DNA from: an uncultured Spirochaetia bacterium
GTDB taxonomy: Bacteria > Spirochaetota > Spirochaetia > CAKZLE01
Assembly: GCA_937125225.1 (NCBI GenBank)
Contig: CAKZLE010000005.1
Span: 14,441 to 78,440, forward strand
DNA length: 64,000 bases
Reading direction: 5' to 3'
The notes below the pieces were generated by a model that was not told where the DNA came from, searched no databases, and saw nothing but the letters and a program-made list of their open reading frames with translations. The translations under genes were made by a program, and so were the position numbers. Of the stretch, positions 1 to 9,320 are shown piece by piece; position 1 is the first letter of the stretch; each line of letters starts with the position of its first letter.

Positions 1-775
1 CACCCTTCTCTTTTGCTGCATTGATAAGATTTTCAGCAACATCAAGATAATCTGGTTCGAATAGTGATGCTCCGATATCTTTTCCTAGTACTTTGAGGAA
101 AGTAAACGCCATTCCTCCAGCAATAATGATGGTATCACAGGTATCTAACAAAGATTGGAGAACTCCGATCTTTGAAGAAACTTTAGCTCCACCGATGATG
201 GCAACAAATGGTTTTTCAGGAGCAGTCAATAATGGAGAAAAGAATTTGACCTCTTTCTCAATCAGAAAACCTGCTACAGATGGGAGATATTTAGTGACAC
301 CTTCTGTGGAAGCATGTGCTCTATGAGCAGTTCCAAAAGCATCATTAACAAAAACGTCACCCATCTTCGCTAGCTCAGCTGCGAATTCAGGATCGTTCTT
401 TGTCTCTTCTTTATAGTAACGTACATTTTCTAGTAACATCACCTGACCAGGTTTTAGTTCTTTTGTCTTTGCAAGAACCTTTTCCCCAATACAGTCTTCA
501 GCCATGATAACCTCTTTTCCAAGAAGTTCGCTGAATCTCTTAGCAACTGGAGCAAGACTGAATTCAGGTTTTTTTTCACCTTTAGGTCTTCCTAGGTGTG
601 TCATTATAATGACAGAAGCACCCTCTTGTCCTAGAATATACTTAATAGTCGGGAGAGCTCGCTCAATTCTAGTCGAATCTGTAACGACCCCCTCTTTGAG
701 GGGGACGTTAAAATCGACACGGATGAGGACTCTTTTATTCTTCAAGTCAATATCTTTGACTGTTCGTAAGTCCAT
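1..775 (-). CDS. pgk: phosphoglycerate kinase, 5' portion; the C-terminal end lies beyond the window start
   Basis: Reverse-strand translation from the ATG at 773-775 gives MDLRTVKDIDLKNKRVLIRVDFNVPL...HLGRPKG...VNDAFGTAHRAHAST, classic PGK motifs. It lies directly downstream of gap on the same strand. The + strand ORFs 93-326 and 504-794 are shadows of this gene. Confidence 0.85.
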   Translation of the reverse strand, partial: MDLRTVKDIDLKNKRVLIRVDFNVPLKEGVVTDSTRIERALPTIKYILGQEGASVIIMTHLGRPKGEKKPEFSLAPVAKRFSELLGKEVIMAEDCIGEKVLAKTKELKPGQVMLLENVRYYKEETKNDPEFAAELAKMGDVFVNDAFGTAHRAHASTEGVTKYLPSVAGFLIEKEVKFFSPLLTAPEKPFVAIIGGAKVSSKIGVLQSLLDTCDTIIIAGGMAFTFLKVLGKDIGASLFEPDYLDVAENLINAAKEKG

Positions 776-794
776 ATCACATATCCTTCTTTAA

Positions 795-1796
795 TTAAAC
801 AAGTTTCTCTGCAAGGTCAACTACACGTGTAGAGTAACCGAACTCATTGTCATACCATGAACAGATTTTGAAGAATCCTTTTCCCATCTTCATAGTACAT
901 CCAGCATCAAAGATTGATGAATGGCTGTTACCTTTAATGTCCATTGATACGATTGGATCTTCAGTATACTCAAGAATTCCCTTCATTGAACCTTCAGCAG
1001 CTTCTTTCACAGCAGCATTGAGTTCTTCAACAGTACAATCATTAGTAAGCTGCATTGTAAGGTCTACAATTGATCCTGTAGGTGTAGGAACTCGCATTGC
1101 CATACCGTTTAGTTTTCCATTAAGTTCAGGAATTACGATACCGACAGCTGCGGCTGCACCAGTAGTTGTAGGAATGATAGAAAGTGCACATGATCGTGCT
1201 CTTCTTAAGTCACTGTGAGGCATATCCAGAATAACCTGGTCATTTGTGTAGGCATGTACTGTAGTCATAAGACCGCTTACAATTCCAAACTTATCGTTGA
1301 TAGCTTTTGCAACAGGAGCTAAACAGTTTGTTGTACAAGACGCATTAGAGTATGCGACCTTTGAATCTGAAATCTCTTCTTCGTTAACACCAAGAACGAT
1401 TGTCTGATCGATCTTGTCTTTTGCTGGTACTGTTAGAATTACTTTCTTAGCTCCAGCAGTGATGTGGTCTTTGTAACCACCTCTTGCACTTTCTGCTTCT
1501 CGGAATACACCAGTTGATTCAACAACAACGTCTACGCCCATCTCTCCCCAAGGAAGTTCTGCAGGATTTCTTACTGCTAAGATCTTGATCTCTTTACCGT
1601 CTACGATGATTGAATCCGCAGTTGCTTTAACCTCTTTGTCATATACACCATAAGTTGAATCATATTTCAACAGGTGTGCGAGTGTCTTAGGATCTGTTAG
1701 ATCGTTAAGTGCTACAACTTCAATATTCTCTCTTTCGAACGCGATTTTGAAAACGTTTCTTCCAATTCTACCAAACCCATTAATTGCAATTTTCAT
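795..1796 (-). CDS. gap: glyceraldehyde-3-phosphate dehydrogenase (type I)
   Basis: MKIAINGFGRIGRNVFK N-terminal NAD-binding motif and the SCTTNCLAP catalytic-Cys motif; 333 aa. A GGAGG RBS lies about 8 nt upstream on the minus strand (about 1808-1813). Confidence 0.95.
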   Translation of the reverse strand: MKIAINGFGRIGRNVFKIAFERENIEVVALNDLTDPKTLAHLLKYDSTYGVYDKEVKATADSIIVDGKEIKILAVRNPAELPWGEMGVDVVVESTGVFREAESARGGYKDHITAGAKKVILTVPAKDKIDQTIVLGVNEEEISDSKVAYSNASCTTNCLAPVAKAINDKFGIVSGLMTTVHAYTNDQVILDMPHSDLRRARSCALSIIPTTTGAAAAVGIVIPELNGKLNGMAMRVPTPTGSIVDLTMQLTNDCTVEELNAAVKEAAEGSMKGILEYTEDPIVSMDIKGNSHSSIFDAGCTMKMGKGFFKICSWYDNEFGYSTRVVDLAEKLV

Positions 1797-1871
1797 ATTT
1801 AAATGAACCTCCGAATAGTATTATATAACCGCCTAAACTATACTGAAACAGTGACTATCGTGTCAATGAAC

Positions 1872-2645
1872 TCAGCTATCCTTGATAACTAGTTTAACAG
1901 TATTTATCTTATGCCCAGACATACTCTGAACAATAAATTCAATATTCCTATAAGTGACCGTCTCTAGATTCTCAGGTATCTTCCCGAAAAGTTCAAAGAC
2001 AAATCCTCCGATTGTCTCAAAGTCCTCATCTGATAATTCAAGACCAAGAGCCTCATTGAGCTCATCTATCGGTGTCCTTGCCTCACACAAGAAGATGTTC
2101 TTGGCAATCTTCACAATATCATCAGTCTCATTATCGAACTCATCTTGTATATCACCAACAATCATCTCTAGAATATCCTCTAGACAAATGATCCCTGAGA
2201 CCCCACCATACTCATCAACGGCAACAGCTATATGGACTTTACGGATCTTAAACTCTTTCAACATCTCATCAAGTCTTTTACTGTCTGGTACAAAATAGGC
2301 TTTTCTCATCGATTTTTCAACTGAAAATGGATTTTTATTTCCTACATAACTAAGAATATCCTTGGCATAGATCATACCTATGATGTTATCGATGGTATCG
2401 GTGAAAACCGGATATCTAGAGAAACCTTTATCATTGATCTGCTGAATAACTGAATTCAATGTCATATCTGTCGAGAAGAATTCAACATCGATCCTGGGAA
2501 CCATCACCTCTTTGACAGTCGTATCAGAGAGCTCTTCGATCCCCTGTATCATATCAAGTTTCTCAATACTGTCATCGGTTATATCTCGCTCATTTCCATT
2601 CCCAAGAAAGATTTTCTTGAGAATGCTCTTGAAATTATTACTCAA
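1872..2645 (-). CDS. CBS-pair plus CorC/HlyC transporter-associated domain protein (CorC/TlyC family)
   Basis: Tandem CBS-like segments (VKEVMVPRIDVEF..., AYFVPDSKRLDEMLKEF...) followed by a C-terminal CorC_HlyC-like region. It is the last gene of the phoH-pgpH-ybeY cluster, as in many Firmicutes and spirochetes. Confidence 0.75.
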   Translation of the reverse strand: MSNNFKSILKKIFLGNGNERDITDDSIEKLDMIQGIEELSDTTVKEVMVPRIDVEFFSTDMTLNSVIQQINDKGFSRYPVFTDTIDNIIGMIYAKDILSYVGNKNPFSVEKSMRKAYFVPDSKRLDEMLKEFKIRKVHIAVAVDEYGGVSGIICLEDILEMIVGDIQDEFDNETDDIVKIAKNIFLCEARTPIDELNEALGLELSDEDFETIGGFVFELFGKIPENLETVTYRNIEFIVQSMSGHKINTVKLVIKDS

Positions 2646-3096
2646 CTCTTTTCTCCAGTAGATCCTCTAGAATCTTCTCCTGCAATATAAGCATCGGTTC
2701 ATTGCTGTTATTTGTCTCATGATCCATACCTATAAGGTGAAGTACCCCATGTATGAGAAGTCTATGTAACTCTACATCCTCACTAACATTAAAGTAATTA
2801 GCATTTCTTTTCAATGTATCTAGAGAAATAATCATATCTCCAAGGATCGATTCATCAACAGGAAAGTCTTCATCGACTGAATCTAGCTGTACAAAGGAGA
2901 GAATATCGGTAGGCCCCTCTTTCTTCCTGTAACTCATATTTAATTCAGCAATCTCCTCATCATCACAGAAAGTCAAAGAACATTCTTTCTCATCAATCCC
3001 AAGAAAAATGAAGATTCTTTGTAAGAAAAGTTCTACTTCGCTCAGATCGATGGATCCTGGAGAGACATGAGACATGATATCTATGGTACAACTCAT
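2638..3096 (-). CDS. ybeY: rRNA maturation endoribonuclease YbeY
   Basis: HGVLHLIGMDHE metal-binding motif (H-x3-H-x5-H); about 150 aa; overlaps neighbouring genes by 4-8 nt in an operon. Confidence 0.9.
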   Translation of the reverse strand: MSCTIDIMSHVSPGSIDLSEVELFLQRIFIFLGIDEKECSLTFCDDEEIAELNMSYRKKEGPTDILSFVQLDSVDEDFPVDESILGDMIISLDTLKRNANYFNVSEDVELHRLLIHGVLHLIGMDHETNNSNEPMLILQEKILEDLLEKRVE

Positions 3097-5324
3097 TTAA
3101 TAACCTCATCTGGAATATCCGGATACTCTATTCGAGTATGAAAACGTCCTGCTAATATAATAATGAAACTATTCTTAATCGTCTCTAAGTCGTGTAGTGA
3201 AAGTTCACAATGTATGAGTTGTCTTCGATCTATCTTATCGAGGAATATCTTCCAAATGAGTTTCTCCATCTTGGCAGTCGTAGGTTGTTTCAAGGTTCTT
3301 GATGCAGCATCGATACTATCTGCAAGCATGACCACGGCCGCCTCCTTTGACATGGGGGGGGTGCCGGTGTAGGAGAAGTCCTCTGGAGAGACTTTAGACC
3401 CCTTCTCATTGTTCATCAAAGCTTCCCGATAGAAATAACTGATAAGGTCACTGCCATGGTGTTGTGCGATGATGTCGATTACCTCTTGGGGTAATCCGAT
3501 CGATTTAGCCTTCTCTATCCCCAACTTGACATGTGATTTGATTACCACGACTGAAAGACTTGGTTTAATCTCATCATGTTTGTTATCACCTGTCTGATTC
3601 TCTATGAAGTATTCAGGCTGATCGATCTTGCCTATATCATGGTAATAGGCCCCAACTCTAGCTAGTAGATGATTAGCACCAATAGCTTCACATGCAGATT
3701 CTGCAAGATCAGCTACAGCTACAGAGTGGCTGTAGCTACCACGAGCCATGACTGCCATTCTCTTAAGAGTCTTGGAATTCATGGTAGTAAGCTCTATTAA
3801 TCTAAAACCAGTTGGAAGATTGAAAAAATGTTCCAGGATTGGAAGGATTATGATTACAAGTAGTCCAGAAACAAGATTCACACTGAAGGTATACCCTAAA
3901 TAGCCAAGTAATTCTCTAAATACCATATTCTCAATGATCGCCGTAATACCAAGAACCAAGACACTCAGAAGAGATACCGTCAATGCAGAGGTTACTAGAT
4001 CAATTCTTCTTTTAGCATTTTGAACTACAAAAGAACCTAAGATTCCTACGGTCAGGATAAATAATGCCTCAATAAAGGTTATATCAGGTATAGCTAAAGT
4101 TATCGCTACCAAGAAACCCGTAATAATCAAGGAAGCGTTCCTGCTGATGATAATAGTCAACAGCATCGAGAAGAGTACAATCGGAGCAAAAGAGGCTACC
4201 TGTGTGATGTTAAATGAATAGAGTTTTAGTATTCCAAAAACATATAAGATCAGGTAGACCAAGATAAAAGAGATACTTAAATAGAGATACTGAACCCTTC
4301 TCTGGGTTTTAGGAATCGTCTTTAGGAGAGAGACTGCTGCAACAATCGTTATCAGGAGATAGTAAAGTATGCGTCCAGTCATCTCCAAAGGACTCTGGCT
4401 GATCTCAACCTGTTCAAGAGCTCTGATTCGTTTATAATCAGACTCTGTCACGAGAAATCCCTCTTTAAGGATTAACTCACCCTGCTCAATCTTATTTATA
4501 ACAGGAGAGATATTCTGTGAAGCTTCAATCCGTCTTTTCTCTGTTGTTATGCTGTCATAGATGATATTCTTCTGTGCAATAGAACCTACCATACTCAAGA
4601 CAGTCTCTTTGAAATCGTTGAGGTAATCCTGTTCATGAACAAGTAGAGATTCAATATAGTGTTCCATAGATTCTATAGTGAGAAGCTCCTCTACATCAAT
4701 AATCTGTTCTTCAGCCTCTGAATGGGTCTCTGAGGATATTCGGATCAATGTGATCTGTGAGGGATCATCTGCACGTGAGAGTTCTTCTGAATCATAGATC
4801 CCAACCTCATACAATTGAATAAGAAGTTCCTCAATCAATGAGAATAGATAATAACTGTCTTGAACAGAATAGGACAAGATAGTCTGAAGATCGTCACCTG
4901 TGAATAGATCATCAAGATTCTCTTCTTGTAACCATTTGATCTTACTTTCAGTATCTGCTTGTTCATCGGTCAGGACATTCCTGATACTCTCTAGATCATC
5001 AAGAGTGGTGAGAGCTTTCGATAAAGAGACTCTGAATACAGGAAGGATACTTTCAGCAGCTTCCTGTTGTAATGCAGTCGTCTGATCAGCATCAATATAA
5101 TAGACTGTCTCCTCTGCGATGACATCCTTCGTCGAAAGTTCTCCTACTTTAAGACCTAAAACAGTCTTATCGATTACATCTGACAAACGTTGATGCATCA
5201 TGATATCAGAGATAGATAATCCGGCTACAAAGACTACGAGAAGAGACAATAGGATAATCTTGTCTCGTAGTGAAAGCTTGATTTTCTTAGTACTTTTCTT
5301 GTTCTTTGTCTTTTTCATAAGCAT
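3093..5324 (-). CDS. pgpH: 7TM receptor with intracellular HD hydrolase (PgpH/YqfF family, candidate c-di-AMP phosphodiesterase)
   Basis: N-terminal signal/TM region, a large extracytoplasmic domain, a block of about 7 hydrophobic helices (residues about 330-500), then an HD domain (AYYHDIGKIDQPEYF, QHHGSDLISYF). The phoH-pgpH-ybeY order is conserved. Confidence 0.8.
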   Translation of the reverse strand: MLMKKTKNKKSTKKIKLSLRDKIILLSLLVVFVAGLSISDIMMHQRLSDVIDKTVLGLKVGELSTKDVIAEETVYYIDADQTTALQQEAAESILPVFRVSLSKALTTLDDLESIRNVLTDEQADTESKIKWLQEENLDDLFTGDDLQTILSYSVQDSYYLFSLIEELLIQLYEVGIYDSEELSRADDPSQITLIRISSETHSEAEEQIIDVEELLTIESMEHYIESLLVHEQDYLNDFKETVLSMVGSIAQKNIIYDSITTEKRRIEASQNISPVINKIEQGELILKEGFLVTESDYKRIRALEQVEISQSPLEMTGRILYYLLITIVAAVSLLKTIPKTQRRVQYLYLSISFILVYLILYVFGILKLYSFNITQVASFAPIVLFSMLLTIIISRNASLIITGFLVAITLAIPDITFIEALFILTVGILGSFVVQNAKRRIDLVTSALTVSLLSVLVLGITAIIENMVFRELLGYLGYTFSVNLVSGLLVIIILPILEHFFNLPTGFRLIELTTMNSKTLKRMAVMARGSYSHSVAVADLAESACEAIGANHLLARVGAYYHDIGKIDQPEYFIENQTGDNKHDEIKPSLSVVVIKSHVKLGIEKAKSIGLPQEVIDIIAQHHGSDLISYFYREALMNNEKGSKVSPEDFSYTGTPPMSKEAAVVMLADSIDAASRTLKQPTTAKMEKLIWKIFLDKIDRRQLIHCELSLHDLETIKNSFIIILAGRFHTRIEYPDIPDEVIK

Positions 5325-6237
5325 GTATTATTCGTTTTACCAATAGGGATCTTACCACATCAGAGGTATCAAGTACGGTACATTCTATACCCTTGATATT
5401 CCTCAGTAATCTTGATGCATGTAGTAGACCAGAATTATGTTTCTTAGGCAGATCGATCTGTGTAACATCACCAGTTATCACAGCCTGTGCTCCAAATCCA
5501 ATTCGGGTAAGGAACATCATCATCTGCTCTTTTGTTGAGTTCTGTGCCTCATCAAGGATGATGAAGGCCTGCTGCAGACTTCTTCCTCTCATATATGCTA
5601 AAGGGGCTATCTCAATAACACCCTGTTCTTCCATCTTCTTGATAGTATTCATAGAGATCATGTTCTCCATCGCATCGTAAAGAGGTCTCAGATAAGGAGA
5701 AATCTTCTGTGTGAGATCCCCGGGAAGAAAGCCAAGACTCTCCCCTGCTTCAACAACAGGTCTAGTCAGAACTATCTTCTTAACCACCCCATTCTGCAAT
5801 GCCTCTAAGGCTTTTGCAATTGCGAGAAACGTCTTTCCCGTACCAGCCGGACCGATACCGAAGGATACCTGATTCTCTTCCATTGCCTTCATATATCTTC
5901 GTTGATTACTACTTTTTGCAAGTATCTTCTTTCCACTTACAAGGATATAATGTTGTTTAAGAGGTTGGATATCACCATCTTCAGGTTGAAGATCATGATA
6001 CATGAGCCTAATCTGATAAGGATCGAGTTCGAAGCCCTCTTCAATGAAATTCACCATGCGTGTGAATAATGATTTCAACAGCTCCATCACTGTTGAGTCA
6101 ATATTGTCGGGAATATCAATGGTATTCCCCCTGTAGAACAGTCTGACTCCAGTTAATTCTTCGATACAGTCAAAATGTTTATCTTCAATACCACACAGAT
6201 GATGTAACACCTCAGCATCTTCTACTACTATTTTCAA
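5287..6237 (-). CDS. phoH: PhoH-like ATPase (YbeZ)
   Basis: Walker A GPAGTGKTFLA, KH-like N-terminus, 316 aa; first gene of the phoH-pgpH-ybeY operon. Confidence 0.9.
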   Translation of the reverse strand: MKIVVEDAEVLHHLCGIEDKHFDCIEELTGVRLFYRGNTIDIPDNIDSTVMELLKSLFTRMVNFIEEGFELDPYQIRLMYHDLQPEDGDIQPLKQHYILVSGKKILAKSSNQRRYMKAMEENQVSFGIGPAGTGKTFLAIAKALEALQNGVVKKIVLTRPVVEAGESLGFLPGDLTQKISPYLRPLYDAMENMISMNTIKKMEEQGVIEIAPLAYMRGRSLQQAFIILDEAQNSTKEQMMMFLTRIGFGAQAVITGDVTQIDLPKKHNSGLLHASRLLRNIKGIECTVLDTSDVVRSLLVKRIIHAYEKDKEQEKY

Positions 6238-6248
6238 AAAGGCTCCTT

Positions 6249-9200
6249 TTATTCCACAGATAGAGAATAGTCGTTACCGTCTTTCTCTATGGTAGTCTCA
6301 AAATCAAGTTCAGGTATAGCTTTCCATTGCAGGTAAATTGTTGCTTCAGGTTGCCACTCCCATGCATTATCATCATCATTGTACCCTATCTCACCAATAA
6401 TATCAGCATGCAAGTCCCAATCCTTCATGTAATGTACTATACCAACTTGTAGAGAATCAAGGTTAAAATTCGATGCTAATCTTTGATCTGTATCAAAGAA
6501 ATTGAAAGACATAAGAAGATCTTCAAAAAATCCTGTAGTCGGATTTTGGAAATACGCATAAGTTGCAGTATTTTTTGATATAGAAGAGAAAGTTAGATCA
6601 AGAAATTCAGCTATACCAAAATTTAAAGAAAAATTGAAATCAAGTGAATTGTCATAATAATCTGTTAGGTCAAGATACCAAGAAGATGAGACTCCCGCTT
6701 CAAAGGTTACCCTGTTTTTCCAACTTCGGCTGAGATAAGTCAATTCTCCAGTATCGATTTTGAATGCAGTCATATTGAACCCAGGATCGAAGAGGGCACT
6801 TCCTGTCTCGATATTCTCAGCCCACAGCTTCAGATATGCATCATCATAAGAAAGTTTTGTCCAACCGGAATCAAAGAAAACGTCAAATATATCAAATGAA
6901 TAAGAGCCACTCAACTTCAGATCTTTAATGATCTCAGTATTGAACGAGGTCTTTAAGTTTGAAGCAGATAGATCATCAAGATCATGAGAATAGCTTAAAG
7001 AGACCCTAGAGTTCGTATCAAATGAATAAGAGGCACTCAAAGAGAGCGGATCAAGCTCATAATTAGCAGTATCACTATTCTCAGTGATCGACGTTGAAAG
7101 ATCTAAAGATGCTTTACCATAATCAAGGGAGATAGAAGGTTTGATTACAGAATCCATGGGCGGAATATCCCAAGAAAGAGAAAAACTCAGATCAGCTGAA
7201 TCAAGATCGAACTTTTCCGATAGAGAGATTCTATGCTTTATCGTGGTATCATCGGTACTATCGCTATTATAGAGATAGCTCTTGTATTCATAACCAAGAT
7301 TGAGGATGTCACTTTGAACTTTGAGATTCTGTGTAAGGTAGATATCCTCTTCAAATGAGTCATCAATTGAATCATCAAAACTCTCCCTCTGTTCAATATC
7401 ATACACAGGAACAATATTCTCCTGAAAACTCAGTGCTGAACCAAATAGATTAAGATCAAGATCTATATCTGCAGTCAGACGATGGTCTATATCATAATAG
7501 GTCAAAGTATCTGAAGTGTAAGAAAGTTCATCGGTAAAGGTATCCTTGACCGAGTAAGAAAGAGAAAGGTCAAATATATCTTTGTCTGAATCTTGGGAGA
7601 CAAAAGGATCAGCATTGAGTGTATTAGCCTCACCCATCTGAGGTAAAAGAACCATTTCTTCTTGTGGTCTTTTGATAGGGTCTAAGATTTTCAGTTTATG
7701 GGGACTATCAATATTGAATAGTTCTTTATCCTCTTTTTGTTCATCAGAAGTTTCGATTTCTCCTTCCCGATCAAAGGAAAGATCGAGTAATCTTCCAGAG
7801 ACAGTTAGCGAAGAATTCGGGAGGATGATAGAGTCTAGTGAATATGTTTCTGTAGTTGAATCATAATCATCCCAGGAGACTTCCGACTCTAATGTATCCA
7901 AACTTATCTTCTCGATAAAGGGATTCAGGAACTCAGGTTCCCAGACAGCCTCTGCTTTGAGTTCCCAAGAAAAATCATCAATATCAGAATAGGATTCAGA
8001 AAAAGCATCAGAAGAAAAGAGATCATCAAGGTCAAAGACATTCTTTCGTGTTAGCAAATCACTTTTAATATCAGAGTCTGAATAAAAGGGCATGGCTATG
8101 GATAACTCTATATTATCAGCTTCGATTGAGGCCTCAAGGTCAAATAAATATCTGATTCTATCATCACCTGAATAACCGATTCCACTAAAAAGGGAAATAT
8201 CATCAAATATTGAGATCTTTTTGAATTCAGAGTCCAGCGATAGAAAAATACCACTATCCTCAAAAACATCAGCAAACAAAGTCACATAGGAACCCGACTC
8301 TTCTGCCCACTTTTGTAGATCACTTTTTGGCTCATCAGCAAAGGTAAGGATTAAACCATCACGTGTGATATAGGGAGTCTCTGTGATATCCTCCATCCGC
8401 ATGAAGGTTGAGAAGGAGGTCTCTTCTTTTTCAGAATCCTCTATCCCATTCCCTAGAAGAGCAGTCGTTGTATTGAGAAACCAGCCTCTCGTCAGATCAT
8501 AACCGAACGATGGATGAAAGATCAGTGTGTTAGCTGGATAATAGAAGAAAGGTAGATAAAGTATCGGAACTCTACCCAAAGTGAGGGTCGCATTCTCGAG
8601 GAACCAATCTCCATCAGGTAGAGCCTTCATAGTTGAGGCTTTCAATCCATAGTAAGAATCTTCGACATCCGAGGTTAAAAAACTGGATTCCAAGAGCATG
8701 ATCCCTTCATTTATTTCAACCTCATCTCCTGTTAGATAGAACTCAATCGTCTCCTCAGAGCTATTTACTCGATCCGATCGCGTTACAGCATTATTAAGAA
8801 TACCAGAAAAGCCCTCATAAGAAATGAGGATACTATCTGCAGAGTATTCATTTGTCTCTTGAGTCTGTTCGCTCTTGATAGATACATTCCCCAAAGCGGA
8901 GATCAGCTTTTTAGCATCATCGATGATGATCCTGTCAGCAGTTAATTCTGTGAGGGTCTGTTCAATCGAATCTTCAATGGTGATCTCGACTCTTCCATTT
9001 AATTCTATCTGATCATGATACAGGACTCTATCTGCATGCAGTATAGATACGACTAATGACTTATCGTCAGCTACCTCAATCTTTATAAAAGAGGAATCTA
9101 TCTGATAATAGTCATAGAGAGCTCTCTTTATCTCATCTTCAGAGAATTCTTCCTTTATATCAAGACGTTGTACCCAAGCACGCAATTCCTGTAAAGAAGA

Positions 9201-9320
9201 GTATTCTATATCATATGCATAACTGCTTTTCCTTAAATCATCCTCTGCTGAAAGGCTCATACTATTCATGAAGAGAAACATTAAGAGAATCATGATGTGA
9301 ACAACTCTCATTCTAGCCAT
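6249..9320 (-). CDS. giant acidic secreted/outer-membrane protein, LptD(OstA)-like candidate
   Basis: The ORF track extends to 9392, but the in-frame Met at about 9320 (MARMRVVHIMILLMFLFMNSMSLSA-EDD) gives a good signal peptide and removes the overlap with uvrA. The N-terminal region has OstA-like repeated xADRxxYxD/xGNVxI blocks. The long Ser/Asp/Tyr-rich middle has alternating hydrophobic beta-strand patterns. The C-terminal motif ...GRVPILYLPFFYYP resembles the LptD C-domain. A position next to uvrA matches the Treponema arrangement as I recall it. Confidence 0.5.
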   Translation of the reverse strand: MARMRVVHIMILLMFLFMNSMSLSAEDDLRKSSYAYDIEYSSLQELRAWVQRLDIKEEFSEDEIKRALYDYYQIDSSFIKIEVADDKSLVVSILHADRVLYHDQIELNGRVEITIEDSIEQTLTELTADRIIIDDAKKLISALGNVSIKSEQTQETNEYSADSILISYEGFSGILNNAVTRSDRVNSSEETIEFYLTGDEVEINEGIMLLESSFLTSDVEDSYYGLKASTMKALPDGDWFLENATLTLGRVPILYLPFFYYPANTLIFHPSFGYDLTRGWFLNTTTALLGNGIEDSEKEETSFSTFMRMEDITETPYITRDGLILTFADEPKSDLQKWAEESGSYVTLFADVFEDSGIFLSLDSEFKKISIFDDISLFSGIGYSGDDRIRYLFDLEASIEADNIELSIAMPFYSDSDIKSDLLTRKNVFDLDDLFSSDAFSESYSDIDDFSWELKAEAVWEPEFLNPFIEKISLDTLESEVSWDDYDSTTETYSLDSIILPNSSLTVSGRLLDLSFDREGEIETSDEQKEDKELFNIDSPHKLKILDPIKRPQEEMVLLPQMGEANTLNADPFVSQDSDKDIFDLSLSYSVKDTFTDELSYTSDTLTYYDIDHRLTADIDLDLNLFGSALSFQENIVPVYDIEQRESFDDSIDDSFEEDIYLTQNLKVQSDILNLGYEYKSYLYNSDSTDDTTIKHRISLSEKFDLDSADLSFSLSWDIPPMDSVIKPSISLDYGKASLDLSTSITENSDTANYELDPLSLSASYSFDTNSRVSLSYSHDLDDLSASNLKTSFNTEIIKDLKLSGSYSFDIFDVFFDSGWTKLSYDDAYLKLWAENIETGSALFDPGFNMTAFKIDTGELTYLSRSWKNRVTFEAGVSSSWYLDLTDYYDNSLDFNFSLNFGIAEFLDLTFSSISKNTATYAYFQNPTTGFFEDLLMSFNFFDTDQRLASNFNLDSLQVGIVHYMKDWDLHADIIGEIGYNDDDNAWEWQPEATIYLQWKAIPELDFETTIEKDGNDYSLSVE

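Noticed and set aside
93-794. Plus-strand ORFs 93-326 and 504-794 at the window start
   Set aside because: The minus strand here translates into an unmistakable phosphoglycerate kinase continuing from gap; the + strand ORFs are shadow frames.
847-1218. 123-aa + strand ORF inside gap, plus similar antisense or alternative-frame ORFs inside other confirmed genes (e.g. 1954-2298, 7672-7866, 9701-9913, 14702-14932, 17904-18182, 41103-41465, 57935-58450)
   Set aside because: They are fully embedded in well-supported genes on the other strand or frame, have no motifs, and are low-complexity; the 57935-58450 ORF is simply the reverse complement of the S2 repeat tail.
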